Shown here one piece after another: positions 30,990 to 32,000 of a stretch of DNA of 32,000 bases (position 1 is its first letter; every line of letters starts with the position of its first letter). Under the pieces are notes generated by a model. That model worked only from the letters and a program-made list of their open reading frames with translations, did no database searches and was not told where the DNA came from. A program made the translations under genes and the position numbers. The DNA is from Mycolicibacterium smegmatis (GTDB lineage: Bacteria > Actinomycetota > Actinomycetes > Mycobacteriales > Mycobacteriaceae), in NCBI RefSeq assembly GCF_001457595.1, contig NZ_LN831039.1:5040001-5072000 (forward strand), given 5' to 3'.

Positions 30990-32000
30990 GCCGACACGCC
31001 CACGCTGGCTGCCAACGTATCGGCCCGCAACGCCGAGAGAGCGTCGGCAACGGCGATGTCACGGCCCGACACCTGTTGCTGATAGATCAGGCTGGCTTTG
31101 TGGGTGGAATGCCGCAGCCGCGCCATCGTCTCGACCAGGTTGCCGACCTGAGCCGTCATGGTGCCCGCGAAGTGACGCAGATCGTGCACCCGCATATCGT
31201 TGTGCCCAACTGCACTCAGCGCCGGTTTGAAAACGTCTTTGGCGAACACCCGATCATTGACGTGGCACCCGCCGCGCGCGGGCGTGAACAGAAGCGAATC
31301 ACCCGCTTTATCAACGTGATTGGCTAGGTGCGCTCTTATGTCATCCCGAATGTGTGGAGGGATCACCACCTTGGCGGGCTTGCCGTCTTTAGGCGTGTCG
31401 ATGATGCATTCGCCGCTTCGGTGGGTTACACCACGCGCCACCGTGACCACAGTGCAATCGGCATCGAAGTCTTTTCGGCGCAGCTCCGACACTTCCCCGT
31501 ACCGCAGGCCGCACCACGCAGAAATCAACACCAGGGCGCGGAAGCGGGCGTTTTTGGTGTCGCCACCCAACTTGTCGGCAATGGCCTCAAGCTCGGGAAT
31601 CGTTGGCACAACGGCCTGGCGCTTGGTCTTCGGGTTCATTGCCCGTTCGATCATGCAGGGGTTGCGCTCAATCAATCCGTCTCGTACGGCGGTATTGCAA
31701 ACCATGTTGAGCAAACCGTACGCGTGAGCGTTGCGCGTCGGGTGCGTCGAGCCGAGGCCGGAGAACCACGTCCGCACCAAAGCAGGACTCAGGTCACGAA
31801 CCGCGTACTTGCCGAGCTTGGGCGCGATGTAGTTCGTCAGCGACGCCTCATAACCGATTCGGGTTCGCGGTTTGAGGTTGCGTTCACTGATCACCGCTTT
31901 CGCGTATTCGGCGACGGTGACCGCCACGGCCTTATTTTCCTCGGTGATCACTTCGGGCGGTTTCCACGACGACAGTCCCTCATCGCTCGCCGCGCACCGG
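30986..32000 (-). CDS. Tyrosine recombinase / phage-type integrase; N-terminus continues past window edge
   Basis: N-terminal SAM-like domain TVAEYAKAVISERNLKPRTRIGYEASLTNYIAPKLG; catalytic region AWCGLRYGEVSELRR, HDLRHFAGT, LRHSTHKASLIYQQ. The frame is open upstream of the track start at 31951 to the window end. Confidence 0.92.
   Translation of the reverse strand, partial: RCAASDEGLSSWKPPEVITEENKAVAVTVAEYAKAVISERNLKPRTRIGYEASLTNYIAPKLGKYAVRDLSPALVRTWFSGLGSTHPTRNAHAYGLLNMVCNTAVRDGLIERNPCMIERAMNPKTKRQAVVPTIPELEAIADKLGGDTKNARFRALVLISAWCGLRYGEVSELRRKDFDADCTVVTVARGVTHRSGECIIDTPKDGKPAKVVIPPHIRDDIRAHLANHVDKAGDSLLFTPARGGCHVNDRVFAKDVFKPALSAVGHNDMRVHDLRHFAGTMTAQVGNLVETMARLRHSTHKASLIYQQQVSGRDIAVADALSALRADTLAASVGVSA

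Noticed and set aside
22132-32000. CRISPR array or retron-like repeat structure in the island
   Set aside because: No regularly spaced short repeats, no cas genes and no reverse-transcriptase motif (YADD) seen in any listed frame.

Overview
The window is a mycobacterial chromosome segment; the protein sequences look most like Mycobacterium (Mycolicibacterium) smegmatis. It has two parts. (1) 1-22,131 is a conserved housekeeping block, almost all on the minus strand: atpD (partial), atpG, atpA, the fused atpFH, atpF, atpE, atpB, an AtpI-like gene, wecA/rfe, SUA5, prmC, prfA, rpmE, an AMP-dependent CoA ligase with a divergent TetR regulator, rho, thrB, thrC, hom, lysA and argS. It ends at a plus-strand tRNA-Arg(CCG) at 22,056-22,131. 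(2) 22,132-32,000 is an accessory island. It carries a DUF262/GmrS-like putative nuclease, a convergent SIR2-domain protein with an unassigned C-terminal region, very small highly basic ORFs, an IS1380-family element with a candidate CTTAG target duplication, an IS3-family element with about 28-bp terminal inverted repeats, an Ntn-hydrolase (proteasome-beta)-like gene coupled by ATGA to a tyrosine integrase that runs off the window, and two diverged copies of a near-identical 29-aa peptide-coding segment (80% DNA identity; 16 of 17 substitutions synonymous) about 5.8 kb apart. The best candidates for an undescribed system are the DUF262 / SIR2 / small-basic-ORF cluster and the integrase-coupled Ntn-hydrolase-like gene. 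All functional assignments for the island are inferred from motifs read by eye; no database search was run.
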